Positions 1-11,746 of a stretch of 64,000 bases of DNA are shown one piece after another. Both the position numbers and the translations under genes were made by a program. Where the stretch lies: NCBI GenBank assembly GCA_963803435.1, contig CAWDML010000014.1, forward strand, positions 32,001-96,000, in the 5' to 3' direction. The stretch comes from an uncultured delta proteobacterium. GTDB taxonomy: Bacteria > Myxococcota > Kuafuiibacteriia > Kuafuiibacteriales > Kuafuiibacteriaceae. Each line of letters begins with the position of its first letter. Position 1 is the stretch's first letter. Below the pieces are notes generated by a model. That model saw only the letters and a list, made by a program, of their open reading frames with translations, was not told where the DNA came from and did not search any database.

Positions 1-1796
1 CCGCGGCGCCAGCGCTCGGCGCCCGGGCTGGCGGCGATCCAAGCGCTGCGAAGAGGCTCGAGGCCCGCCCCGAGAAAGCTCCGATGTACGATGGCCAAGC
101 GCTCCCGCTCGCGTCGGAGGCGCGCGCGCTCGCTGCCTCGACTGCGCTCGTAGGCGATGTCGATCGCGATGATCTCTCCCCGCGGATCGCCCTGGCTCTG
201 GAGCCAGTCCGAGTAGACCATCCAGGCGTCGAGGTCGTCCGGCTTCTTCCAGATCGCACGCTCGAGCACCGGGTTTCGGGGATCGTCCAGACGGTGGGGC
301 GTGTCGACGACCGGGACCACCCCCAGCCGGTCGGCGACCTCCATGTCTTTGCGGTAACGCGCCAGATCGGCCGGCGTCGATCCGGATAGCTCGCGGTACT
401 GCCGACCGCCGGCGTCGATCAGGAGGTCGAGCAGAACCTCGCGCTCACGGGCGCCGCCCCAGCGGGCACCTGCGACCTCGTGGAGCGCCGTCCAGCCCGA
501 GCGGGCCCGCGCGTTGGGATCGGCGCCGGCGTCCAGAAGTCGGCGGCACATCCCGGGCCGGCCGTTGCGGGTGTGGAGACAGTGGAGCGGGGTACGGCCG
601 ACCGCGTCGGCCTCGTCCGAGGAGGCGCCGAGATCGAGGAGGAGCTTCACCGCCTCCTCGTGTCCGCCCTCCACCGCGAAGTGCAGCGCACGCCGGCCGT
701 CGGCGCTCCGCGAGTCCACCGCCACGCCGAGCTCGACCAGCGCCTTGATCTTGGCGGTACGTCCGAGGAGCGACGCGAAGTGGATCGGCGCCAGGCCCTG
801 ATCGTCGCAGACGTCGAGTCGAGCCGGATGCCCAATCTCTCCGTGTGCCAGCAGTCGGAGGGCTTGCGCCGAGTTCTCGAGGCGGCTCCTCACCGCAGCG
901 TGCACCGCGGTCTCGCCGCCCGAGGTGGGGAGGTTCGGATCGACACCGTCCTCGAGCAGGCTGGTGATCGCCTCGAGGTCGCCATCGAACACCGCACGAC
1001 GCAGCTCGCGCGCGCTCCCGTCGGTCACCGAACGCCACTGACGGCGTCCGCCCACCTCCGGGCGGCCAGCCTCCGGCGCGAACAGGACGATCGCGCTCGC
1101 GTCGATCCGCCGGACCCCATAGCCGAGCAAGTAGAGCTGATAGAGCGGCTCGAAGGGATCGTCAATCTCGTCGATGCTCTTTCCATGCATCGACTCCGGC
1201 ACCGGGAGCCGATCGCTCACCGCCCCCCGGATGACGCCGCGGCGGAGCGACGCCTCCCGCCACGCTGCGGCTGCGGCCGCCACCATCGCCGCCGGCCGGA
1301 AGCGGCGCTCGGGGCGATCCTCCGGCGGCGACCAGCGCGCCAGGCGGATCGCCACCTTCGCGGCGCTGTCGGCGCCTGCGATCTCGAAGCGGGTGGGGCC
1401 GTCGCGATCGGCCGCGCGCGCGGCGCCCCGGATTCGCCAGGTCAGCGGCGTGTCCTCGACGCGGACGCCCTCGGGATCGGCTCGCCAAAGCGCGAGGCGC
1501 TCGCTGGTGGCGCGGGCCAGCATCTCGGCGCGCTCGATCCCGCCCGGATCGCACGCGAAGAGCGCGCAGGCTTCGACCGTCGGCGGGTGGTCGCCGAGGG
1601 GCCCGCCCCGTCCGCGGAACGAGCGCCGGCCCGGCGTGAGAAACCGCCGCGGAAGCACGCCCGCTTCCACGAGCCGGGTCCAGGCCTCGGAGGGCGAGCG
1701 AACCTCGTGGAGCAGCTGCCGAACGTGGGCGAGCCGAGAACGATCAGGCTCGAGGAATCGAGGCTCGAGCCGGCGGATGAGGCTCTTGGAGTTCAG
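1..1796 (-). CDS. Partial CDS running off the left edge: unknown N-terminal domain + ankyrin repeats + TIGR02996 domain
   Basis: Hand translation; missing from the ORF track because it has no stop in the window. One open frame contains 'DPFEPLYQLYLLGYG', ankyrin motifs 'GETAVHAA', 'GRRALHFAVEGGHEEAVKLLLDLGA', 'GWTALHE', then 'PDDLDAWMVYSDWLQSQGDPRGE'. Start uncertain; an internal GTG at 1028 is possible. Confidence 0.75.
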   Translation of the reverse strand, partial: MNSKSLIRRLEPRFLEPDRSRLAHVRQLLHEVRSPSEAWTRLVEAGVLPRRFLTPGRRSFRGRGGPLGDHPPTVEACALFACDPGGIERAEMLARATSERLALWRADPEGVRVEDTPLTWRIRGAARAADRDGPTRFEIAGADSAAKVAIRLARWSPPEDRPERRFRPAAMVAAAAAAWREASLRRGVIRGAVSDRLPVPESMHGKSIDEIDDPFEPLYQLYLLGYGVRRIDASAIVLFAPEAGRPEVGGRRQWRSVTDGSARELRRAVFDGDLEAITSLLEDGVDPNLPTSGGETAVHAAVRSRLENSAQALRLLAHGEIGHPARLDVCDDQGLAPIHFASLLGRTAKIKALVELGVAVDSRSADGRRALHFAVEGGHEEAVKLLLDLGASSDEADAVGRTPLHCLHTRNGRPGMCRRLLDAGADPNARARSGWTALHEVAGARWGGAREREVLLDLLIDAGGRQYRELSGSTPADLARYRKDMEVADRLGVVPVVDTPHRLDDPRNPVLERAIWKKPDDLDAWMVYSDWLQSQGDPRGEIIAIDIAYERSRGSERARLRRERERLAIVHRSFLGAGLEPLRSAWIAASPGAERWRR

Positions 1797-1809
1797 CTGA
1801 GCGCTGATC

Positions 1810-4800
1810 TTACGGCAAGCAGGCGACGGTGTAAGTAATCTCGATCGTCGAGTTGGCCTGGGGGACAGCGCTGGCGGAGAACACCACGCTGTTCGTGCCC
1901 ATGTCGTAGGTCCAGTTGACCTGCCCGCCGGCCGTGGTGGACGGGATCTGCGCGCCGTCGACGCTCACGGCGATGGTCACCGGAACCGGCTGGGAGGAGA
2001 GCGTGAACTGCCGTTTGAGCCCGAAGCTGTTGAGCCCGATGTTGGCCAGCGTCTGACCCCAGTTGGCGGCGCAGATCGACTCGACCACCCCGCCGGTGTT
2101 GTTGGCCACGCTGATGTAGTTGGGCGCATATTCCGCGCTTCCGCCCGGACCGTTGCAGACGGGATTCGTCGTTCCCACCACGGCGCTCGCCGAGAAGAGC
2201 GTGCTGTTGGCGAAGCCCTTGATGTTGCGCAGGAAGTTCTCGTAGAACGACGACGCCTGCGGGGACTGGTCGATCTCGTCGGACACGTAGATGACCGCCA
2301 GCGAGGCGTCCGGCCGCAGGAAGCCGGCGTTCCAGGTGTTGATCAGCGGATCGGAGAGCGCCAGGTACGAGGCCGCGAACCCCTGCTCGATGCCGGAGCC
2401 GCCGGTGCCGCGGTTGACGTTCTGCTGGAACACCGTGCTCGCGTTGGGCGTCGCCGGCGTGATGATGCGCGTGGTGCCGACGAATCGACCGTCCTCGCCG
2501 CCCGGATCGACGTCGGTGGTCGTGACCGCGATCTGATAGTCGATGCCCTGCGACTGCGCGAAGGCGAGGAAGGCGCCCAGGTTGCTGCCCAGGTTCGCCT
2601 GTTCCTGATCCATGGAGCACGAGTTGTCGACGACGAAGAGGACGTCGGCCAGCGGGTTCGGCAGCTGCTGGAAGCGGTCGGTCACCGTGGGGCTGATCTG
2701 GCCCTCACCCGAGAGCGGGACCGCCACCGGGTTGAGGTTGGCGGAGTGCGAGATGAACAAGACGCCGGTGTCGGGACCGATGTCGGTCGGGTGGTAGCGG
2801 AGGTTGATCACCGTGCTGCCGCCCGCGGCGACCGTCTGCGGCGTGGGGAAGGGGGTGAGCTCGAACTCGGGCGTGGTCGTGGGATCGAGGAAGACGTTGT
2901 CGATCTGCACCGGCGAGGCGCCGGTGTTGTAGACGGTGACCACGCGGTTCGGCGAGCGGCACGTCACCGGCACCACGTTGAAGTCGAGCTGGGACGGGAT
3001 CACGAGCACGGTGCTCTGCTCGCTGGCGCCGGTGATCGGGACCTGCCCGTGCATCTGGGCGGGATCGTCGGAGTCGAACTCGAGCAGGGTGCTGTGCATG
3101 CCGTAGGCCGTCGGAGCGTACTCGACGTCGATGCGCTGCGTGCCTCCGGGCACGATGTTGACCGGCCCGCCGCCGCCGCCGGCGCTGATGCGGAACTCGG
3201 CATCGCCGTTGAGCGCGATGTTCGAGACGTTGCAGGGCTGCGCGCCCGAGTTGCGGATCTCGACCGGCAGCGTGGCGACGCGGCCGCGCTCGACCAGACC
3301 GAACGTGACCTGCGAGGGCGCGACCGAAAGCGAGCACGTGGTTGGCACGCCGCCGATGCCGGCGAGCGGGATGCTGAGCATGCCCTCGTCGCGATCGTCG
3401 GAGGTGACCAGCACGGTGCCCGTGTCCATGCCGGCGTCCTGCGGGCCGTAGTTGAGCCGCAGGTCGATGCTGGCGCCGGGGTCGATCGTGAACGGCGTCG
3501 CCGGCGGCGGGTCCATCGTGATCTCCGCGGTGGCGACGTTGAGCGCGATCCCGCTGACGGTCAGCGGCGCATTGCCCACGTTCTGGATCGAGAGAATGCG
3601 CGTCACCGGCGTCCCCATGATCCCGACGGTCCCGAAGTTGACCGCCGGCGGGAACGGGTTGATGTCCGGCCCGCGCGAGGTGGCGGTCAGTGCGACCAGG
3701 CCGATCGTCTCGCTGATCGGCGTGTTCGGATCATCCCAGGCGTTGGTGTCCACCTCGACGTTGCCGCTGTCGTCGCCCGGCGTGGTGCCGAGATACATGA
3801 CGTCCACGCTGAGCTCTTCGGTGGGCATGAGCGCGGCGGGAAGCGAGACCGCGGGGTTCGTGGAGAACTCGGGCGTGGTGTTGCGATCGATCCCGACGCT
3901 GAACACGGTGAGCGGGACGTTGCCCACGTTGCGGACGATGAACGACTGGGTGGCGCTCTGGCCCTCCTCGAGCGTGCCGAAGTCGAGGCTGACGGGGACC
4001 AGCTCGAAGAGGGGCTTGATGCCCTCGCCGCGCAGACTGATCTGCTTGGTGCAGGTGTCGCAGTAGCTGAGGTTCAGCGTGTTCATCGCCGGACCCTCTT
4101 CGAGAGGCTGGAACCAGACCTTCACGGTGGTGGTGCCGTTCCCGGGGACGTCGCCGGTCAGCGGCTGATCCGAGGCAGGCGGGGGCACACCGCCGGCATC
4201 GGTCACTCCGAAGATCACCGCGGACTGCGCGAGCGGATCGATCCGGAAGGGCTGCGTGAACTGGGTGCGGTTGGTGAGGACGACCTCGAGCTCCTTGCGC
4301 TGATCGACGGTGACCTGGCCGAAGTCGAGCGTGTCGGTGGAGAGATCGATCTGCGGCTGCACGCCGCTGCCCTTGAGGGTGATGATCGTGCTCGGTCCGT
4401 TGGCGGCGTTGTGGACCAGGATCAGCGTCGCGCTGACGTCGCCCTCGACGGTCGGGTGGAACGTGAGCGTGAACTCGCGATCCGTTCCGCGCTCGACGAC
4501 CCACGCGCCGGTCTCGGAAGGATTGTCGAACTGCGGTGTGAACGGTGCGTTGTCCGGCTGGACGCGGGACGCCTCGGTGCAGTCCGTGTCGGTGGCGCCG
4601 GCCAAGCAGACGCGCAGGGTGTCGTCGCCGATGTTACGGACGCCGACCGCGCGGAGATACGGCACGCCCAGCGGCACCGCGCCGAAGTCGATCTCGTTGA
4701 TCTCGGGCTGATTCTCGAGTCCGGGATCGTAGACCACGATCTGGGCCGACAGCCTCGTCAGTGGCGGCGGACCTCCGTCGCATTCACATCCGAAGATCGA

Positions 4801-4869
4801 AAGGCCGGCTCCGAGAGCCGACAGCAGCCAAAGATTGCGACGCGCGAGCCCTGCGACATCCTTGTTCAT
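1810..4869 (-). CDS. Lipoprotein with six ASH/choice-of-anchor-D Ig-like repeats and a C-terminal VWA-like domain
   Basis: Lipobox-like 'LSIFGC', six '[LIV][DNT]F[GN]...N.G' repeats and MIDAS-like 'DVLFVVDNSCSM'. ATG 4869 preferred to the ORF start at 4962. Confidence 0.8.
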   Translation of the reverse strand: MNKDVAGLARRNLWLLSALGAGLSIFGCECDGGPPPLTRLSAQIVVYDPGLENQPEINEIDFGAVPLGVPYLRAVGVRNIGDDTLRVCLAGATDTDCTEASRVQPDNAPFTPQFDNPSETGAWVVERGTDREFTLTFHPTVEGDVSATLILVHNAANGPSTIITLKGSGVQPQIDLSTDTLDFGQVTVDQRKELEVVLTNRTQFTQPFRIDPLAQSAVIFGVTDAGGVPPPASDQPLTGDVPGNGTTTVKVWFQPLEEGPAMNTLNLSYCDTCTKQISLRGEGIKPLFELVPVSLDFGTLEEGQSATQSFIVRNVGNVPLTVFSVGIDRNTTPEFSTNPAVSLPAALMPTEELSVDVMYLGTTPGDDSGNVEVDTNAWDDPNTPISETIGLVALTATSRGPDINPFPPAVNFGTVGIMGTPVTRILSIQNVGNAPLTVSGIALNVATAEITMDPPPATPFTIDPGASIDLRLNYGPQDAGMDTGTVLVTSDDRDEGMLSIPLAGIGGVPTTCSLSVAPSQVTFGLVERGRVATLPVEIRNSGAQPCNVSNIALNGDAEFRISAGGGGGPVNIVPGGTQRIDVEYAPTAYGMHSTLLEFDSDDPAQMHGQVPITGASEQSTVLVIPSQLDFNVVPVTCRSPNRVVTVYNTGASPVQIDNVFLDPTTTPEFELTPFPTPQTVAAGGSTVINLRYHPTDIGPDTGVLFISHSANLNPVAVPLSGEGQISPTVTDRFQQLPNPLADVLFVVDNSCSMDQEQANLGSNLGAFLAFAQSQGIDYQIAVTTTDVDPGGEDGRFVGTTRIITPATPNASTVFQQNVNRGTGGSGIEQGFAASYLALSDPLINTWNAGFLRPDASLAVIYVSDEIDQSPQASSFYENFLRNIKGFANSTLFSASAVVGTTNPVCNGPGGSAEYAPNYISVANNTGGVVESICAANWGQTLANIGLNSFGLKRQFTLSSQPVPVTIAVSVDGAQIPSTTAGGQVNWTYDMGTNSVVFSASAVPQANSTIEITYTVACLP

Positions 4870-5059
4870 CCGTACCCTACCCAACGTGCTGACTGTTTTG
4901 GGTTTCGGGTGCCCGTCCCTCGGCCGCACCCGTTCCGCGAGGGAGTCTGTGGCGGGCGTCATGGGGCGGCCTATCAGATAGCTGACGGATGAGCGAATTC
5001 CGAAGGAGCCCGGGCGCTTGCGGTCGTTTGCCGTCCGGTCGGATGGGCGATCCCCGAGG

Positions 5060-5677
5060 TCAGAGATCCTCCATGGCCTTCTCCGCGCTCCGCCGCGCGT
5101 CCGGCGGGAGCGCCGGGGACGCCAGCGCTGCCTCGAGGTGCCGCTTCGCCTGGGCGCGTTCGCCCACGAATTTGTGCTCCATTCCCAGCATCTGATGGGC
5201 GAGCGCGGCGGTCTCGGCGTCGGGGCTGTTGACCAGGAGCGCGAGGACGTCGAGCTGGGCCTTGCGAGCGCGATCGGCCTCGGTGCGGTTGCCGGTCTCG
5301 CGGAGCGCCAGCACCACGAACCCCGCGGCCTGCGCCGAGTGGATCGTGGGTGGCTTGAGGCCGGCGACCCGGCGCAGCTCGAAGATCGCCTGCTGTGGCT
5401 TGCCCTGCCGGAGCAGGATCAGCGCCAGCGAGACGCGCGCCGCCATGCTCCACGGCGCGGCCTTGGCCTTGGCCGCCTCGCGGAGATGCTCCGCGGCCTC
5501 CTCCAGGTTCTTGGTGCGGAACAGGAGATCGAGCCCGAGCCGGTAGTGAGCCTGGGCCGCTGCGGGCGTGTCGGGGTGCCCGGTCGCGATCGTGCGGCGC
5601 ACCGAGGCGATCCGATCGAGATCGGCGGCTTCGATCGCGCGCGAGAGGTCGCCCTCGAGCTCCTTCAACGACGCCAT
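5060..5677 (-). CDS. TPR-like helical repeat protein
   Basis: 205-aa ORF with 'AAQAHYRLG' and 'ALAHQMLG' TPR-like helices. Confidence 0.65.
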   Translation of the reverse strand: MASLKELEGDLSRAIEAADLDRIASVRRTIATGHPDTPAAAQAHYRLGLDLLFRTKNLEEAAEHLREAAKAKAAPWSMAARVSLALILLRQGKPQQAIFELRRVAGLKPPTIHSAQAAGFVVLALRETGNRTEADRARKAQLDVLALLVNSPDAETAALAHQMLGMEHKFVGERAQAKRHLEAALASPALPPDARRSAEKAMEDL

Positions 5678-5711
5678 GACCGCCCACGGTAGCGCCCCGA
5701 GTGCCGAATGG

Positions 5712-6917
5712 CTACTCCCCGAGCCGAGGCGCCGGCGCCTCGTGCTCGAGGACGCGGAGGCTCGGCACCTGGATGCGGCGGCCGGCGTCGAGGACCGCGC
5801 GGGAGTAGAAGGTGTCGCGCCACCAGATCCCCTGGTGCCGCCAGGCCGAGACGCCGGCCTTCAGGGTGAGCGCGGCGTTGAGGAGGTGCCCGATCGGCCA
5901 CGTGAGGACCCCGATGATCGGTGCCGCGAAGTACCGGCAGAGGAGGAGATGGGTGGCGCTCGCGGTCGCCAGCGCGGCGGCCCCCAGCCCGGCGGCGATG
6001 CCGCCCGCCGCGATGGCGAGGATCGGGATCGCCAGGTCGAGCGCCAGCGGGGTCAGGGCGAAGAGGGTCGCGAGCACCAGCGAGTAGCCCAGCGCGGCGC
6101 CGCCCTTCCCGACGCTCCGAGCGGCGGCGCCGATCGAGTCGAGGAACACCAAGTGAACGTCGCTGCGACCGGCGAACAGGCGGCACCGTGCGCCCCGGCT
6201 CTTGAGCACGAGGCCGAGGCCGACGTCGTCCATCACCTCCATCCGGAGCTGGTCGATGACGCCGCTCTCCACGAGCACGCGCTTCTTCACCAGGTTGAAC
6301 GCGCCGACGCCCACGCCGAATCGGGAGTCGTCGTCGTTCGCCGACCAGGCGCGCCCGCTGAGGATCAGCACCCGGAGGAGGCTCGCCAGCGCGCTGTCGA
6401 GCACGAGGTTCACCGAGCGCATGCGGGGGAAGATCGCGATCATGTCGATCGCCTCGGCCTCCGCGTGGGCGATCAGCCGCTCGATCGCCCCCGGCTCGAC
6501 GTGCACGTCGGCGTCGCTGAAGAGGATCCACTCGCCGGCGGCCAGGTCGAGACCGCGCTTCATCGCGTTGAGCTTGCCGAGCCAGCCGTCCGGGAGCGCG
6601 TCGACGTGCACCACCTGGAGCCGCGGGTCCGAGGCGGCGGCCCGATCGAGGATGGCGCCGGTCTCGTCCCGCGAGCGGTCGTTCACCGCCACCAGCTCGA
6701 GCGCCGGATACCCACACGCCAGCTTGGAGCGGAGGGCCGCCTCGATCCCCGCGGCCTCGTCCCGCGCCGGGACCAGCATCGAGACCCGCGGCCAGGGTGT
6801 GCGGCGCTCGACGGCCGCCGGGATCGGTGGGACCGCCCGGATCGTCCGCACGGCCAGGACGAGCTGGAGCAGCCAGAGGAGCGCCACCACCGCGGCGAGG
6901 AGCGTCAGGAGCACCAC
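5712..6917 (-). CDS. Family 2 glycosyltransferase, membrane-bound (HpnB/CrtQ-like)
   Basis: 'VSMLVPARDE', 'VNDRSRDET', 'GWLGKLNAM', DxD 'FSDAD', 'MDDVGLG', plus C-terminal TM helices. Confidence 0.85.
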   Translation of the reverse strand: MVLLTLLAAVVALLWLLQLVLAVRTIRAVPPIPAAVERRTPWPRVSMLVPARDEAAGIEAALRSKLACGYPALELVAVNDRSRDETGAILDRAAASDPRLQVVHVDALPDGWLGKLNAMKRGLDLAAGEWILFSDADVHVEPGAIERLIAHAEAEAIDMIAIFPRMRSVNLVLDSALASLLRVLILSGRAWSANDDDSRFGVGVGAFNLVKKRVLVESGVIDQLRMEVMDDVGLGLVLKSRGARCRLFAGRSDVHLVFLDSIGAAARSVGKGGAALGYSLVLATLFALTPLALDLAIPILAIAAGGIAAGLGAAALATASATHLLLCRYFAAPIIGVLTWPIGHLLNAALTLKAGVSAWRHQGIWWRDTFYSRAVLDAGRRIQVPSLRVLEHEAPAPRLGE

Positions 6918-7030
6918 CGGCCTCGAGCAAGTCGTGCGCCGGGCGATTTCGCTGGCGCGACGGCGACGCGAAAGAATGTGCGACTGACAGATTGTCCTTC
7001 GGCCGCCGCTTTGTCAGGAGAGGGGCCCAT

Positions 7031-8233
7031 ATGACGCTTTCGAGAGTGCCGCCCGTCGACGCGGGCGCGGACGAGTGGCTCGTCTTCGCCGACGAGCTCC
7101 AGACCAGCGGCGACGTCCGCGGTGAGCTCATCGCGCTGAACCACGCCGTGGAGGCCGGAGAGCCCGCCGAGGCCCGCGACGCGTTCGTACGGGCCCACGC
7201 GGAGCAGCTCCTCGGCGCCGCGGGCGCCCACCTGGAGGCGTTCGCGCTCGAGTGGCGGTGGCTCCACATCGACTCGGCGAAGGTGGTCGCGCGCGACAGC
7301 GACGGCGCCTCGGCCGTGCGAGCGCTCCTCATCTGCCCGTCGGCCTCCGAGCTGCGGGCCCTCACGATCGCTGGCGACGCCGCCACGGAGCAGGACCAGA
7401 TCGATCTCTCGTCCGCGATCGCACACCTGGTCGCGCACGGCCTGCCCGCGTCGTGCCGGGCGCTGACGCTGCTCGACGAGCGGGCCGCCCGGAGCACGTC
7501 GGTGATCGCGACGTTCTACGATCCGCCGAACAACCTGGTCGGCTTCGGCGACCTCGGCGCGCTCTGGCCGAAGCTCTCTCGGATCGAGCAGCTCCACCTG
7601 TCGGTGTCGGACGCCGCCCAGCTCGAGCTGGGATTGATCGTGGCACCGTCGCTCAAGAGCTTCAGGATCGACTGCCTCACGTGGGCGGGTCGCGACGAGA
7701 TCCCGGATGCGCTCGAGAACGCGAGCTGGCCGAACCTCGAGACCCTCGAGCTCCGGCTCCCCGAGGCCTGGACCTTCAGCACCCCCGACGACTTCAAGGG
7801 CTACACGAGGCCGTACGACGGTCGTGAGGACGCGGACGAGTACTACGACGAAGACGAGGACGACGGCTACCACGAGGACCTCGACTGGGCCCGCCGTCTG
7901 GCGCCGCTCCTCGAGTCGCTGCGCAAGACGAAGCTGCGCCGGCTGGCCCTCACCTCCTTCCAGTCGGTGAGCACCGTCCTCGACGCGATCGAGAATGCGG
8001 GCCTCCCTGCCACGGTCGTGGAGCTCGACCTGTCGGAGAGCGCGATCGACGGAGCCGCGGTGGAGCGGATCGTCGCGGGTCGCAAGGCGAACATGCCGGG
8101 GCTCGAGCGGTTGATCCTGGACTCGACGCCCGTGTCCGGTCCGGACGTGCTGAGGCTGTGCGAGGCCGGCCTCGAGGTCGTCCACTCCGAGGGGAGCGGT
8201 CCGAAGTACCGGTTCCTCGTCGGGATGGAGTGA
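7031..8233 (+). CDS. TIGR02996-domain leucine-rich-repeat protein
   Basis: AGGAG RBS at 7016-7020; 'WLVFADELQTSGDVRGELIAL'; LRR-like 'LETLELR', 'VVELDLS', 'LERLILD'. Confidence 0.75.
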   Translation: MTLSRVPPVDAGADEWLVFADELQTSGDVRGELIALNHAVEAGEPAEARDAFVRAHAEQLLGAAGAHLEAFALEWRWLHIDSAKVVARDSDGASAVRALLICPSASELRALTIAGDAATEQDQIDLSSAIAHLVAHGLPASCRALTLLDERAARSTSVIATFYDPPNNLVGFGDLGALWPKLSRIEQLHLSVSDAAQLELGLIVAPSLKSFRIDCLTWAGRDEIPDALENASWPNLETLELRLPEAWTFSTPDDFKGYTRPYDGREDADEYYDEDEDDGYHEDLDWARRLAPLLESLRKTKLRRLALTSFQSVSTVLDAIENAGLPATVVELDLSESAIDGAAVERIVAGRKANMPGLERLILDSTPVSGPDVLRLCEAGLEVVHSEGSGPKYRFLVGME

Positions 8234-8236
8234 TGG

Positions 8237-10388
8237 TCAGAGGCCGAGGACCTGCTTGAGCGTGCGCTTGGCCTCTCCGGTGGCCAGCGCCGCCACCGCC
8301 TCCTTCACGTCCACGCCGGAGACGCACGGCGCGAGCAGCGTGCATCCGAGCTGGAGGCCGACCGGCACGGCGCTGGCGGGCGTCAGCTTCCCCCCGGTGA
8401 TTGTCTCGATCAGCTGAGGGGTCAGCTCGAACCGGCCCGTGAGATCGAGCCTGCGATCGAGCCCGATCGCGCCGGTGAACGTGATCGTGCCAGCGTCGGT
8501 CTTCACCGTCATCGGCTGCTGGAGGCGGAGCATGCCCCCATCCACCCGAAACACGGCGCTCAGCTCCTCGAACTGGGTGTCGGTGCCGGCGGGCAAGCGC
8601 ACGCCGGTGGCCCGCTCGATGATCGGCAGCGCCTCCGCCAGCGGCTCCGCCACCGCGCGGACCAGGTTCACGCCCCGGAACCGGCCGTGGGCCAGGCTGC
8701 CGTCGATCCGGCCGGTGAGCGTCGGCGCGAGCTGCGACCAGTCACCGCCGCGGCCGGACAGATCGATCTTCGCGTCGAGCTCGCCGTCGAGCGTTCGACC
8801 GAGCGCGGTCGCACCGGAGAAGAGGCCAGCGGCGTCGACGCCCGCGAAGCGCAAGGCCACGCGGTAGCCGATCGGATCCGCGCCGAAATCCACGCGCGTA
8901 CCGTCCGCGATGAGGCGGCCGCCGTAGGTGTCGACGTGGGCCAGCTCGATCGTGGCCTTGCCATCTTTCACCACCACGTGCGCATTCAGATCGGTGAACG
9001 GGATCCCGGCCATGCGCCCCTTGGCTGCGGCGAGATGGCCGTCCACCGTGACCTGCGAGGAGGTCGCGCCCTTCGAGCCCGATCCTTCGCGCGTGCCGGG
9101 GAACGTGGCGCGGAGCGCGTCCACGTCGAGGTCGGGCGATCGCAGCTCGAACCGGATCCGCGGCCTGCTGAGGCCGTCGATCGCACCGCTCCCGGTGACC
9201 GCGAGGTCGCCGGCCTTCAGGCGCAGGTCCTGGACCTCGACGACCTGCTCGGCGGGGTCCGACGTGGGGCCCGAGAGACGACCGTTGATCGAGAGCGACG
9301 CCGGCTTCACGGCGATGCCGAGCTTCGCCAGATCGATCCGGTCGCTCCGGAACGTGATCGCCAGGCTGCCCGGACGACCCGCGCGCGGCAGCTCGACGCG
9401 CCCCTGGCCCCAGACGGCGGCGTCGCCGAACGTGGCCCGCGCCCGGCTCAGGTCCAAGGTCCCCGGGGTCAGCGCCCCGTCGAGCACCAGCTCGGCCTTC
9501 TCCGGCGACGAACCCGACACCACCAGGTCCGCGATCGTCGCTCGACCTCCGAGCGCACCCTTCTTCGTGAGCTCGACGTCGGCGGAGAGCTCCGAGTTGA
9601 TCACGTCGACGGTCGAGCCCGCTGGGAGCCAGAGCCGAAGCGCTCGGAGCGGGACGTCGTCGATCTTCAGGTGTGCCTCGACGAGCTCGGGGATCGTCTT
9701 CATCTCGAGCGTCTCCGGCAGCGGGCCGGTCCTCCCCTCCAGCTCGAAGTTCGGCGTGCGCGAGAGGAAGCCCATGTCCAGCGAGAACGAGGCCGGCGCG
9801 CCCAGCGCCACGTGCTCGAGCGCGGCGTCGAGACGATCGATGAACAAGAGCCCGGTGCCGCCGGGCGCCGCTCGATCGACGAGGCTGAGCACGCCGTTCT
9901 CCACGGCGACCCGATCGATGCGGGCGCGCTTCAACCACGCCTCGGTCTTCGGGCTCATCGGCGTCTGGGGCCGGCGCTTCAGGTGCTCGAGGATGTCCGC
10001 GAAGGAGAAGCGCCCGTTCTCGTCGCGGGTGATCTCGACGACCGGATGCACCAGGACGATCTGATTCACCTCGATCCGCTTCCCCAGGCTGGTGAGGATT
10101 CTCGAGGACCGAGACGTTGAAGCGGAGCGCGTCGGCGTGGCCGAGACCCTCGACCGACAGGCCCTCCGCGACGATCCCCAGCGGCCACCAGGAAGGCTCC
10201 ACCCGCGCCACCTGGACCGGCCGCCCGATCGCCTCCGAGGCCGACGCGACCGCGCGATCGCGGTACTTCGCGATCACGGCGTCGAAATCGACGGAGAGCA
10301 CCACCACGACGACGGCGATGCCGGCGAGCGCAACCAATGCGGCGATCGCGATGAGAACTGCGCGCAGAGCCCGACGTCCGTGCACCAT
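8237..10388 (-). CDS. AsmA-family protein, split by a 1-nt insertion near 10099
   Basis: N-terminal TM anchor in ORF 8742-10388 joins ORF 8237-10069 ('GRFSFADIL', 'TYGG', 'GRFRGVNL', 'TQFEELSAVF') if one base is removed at GATTC 10097-10101, giving 'VLEILTSLGKRIEVNQ'. Confidence 0.8.
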
Positions 10389-10483
10389 GATCGGACTTCA
10401 GTTGCAACGGTAGTGCCGGGTCCTGGTCATTTGGTCACAACGGGTCCGAAAACCTCCGATCGTTATGGCTTCAGGACCGGTTC

Positions 10484-11734
<1,251 letters not shown>

Positions 11735-11746
11735 CGCCCGGTGGTC

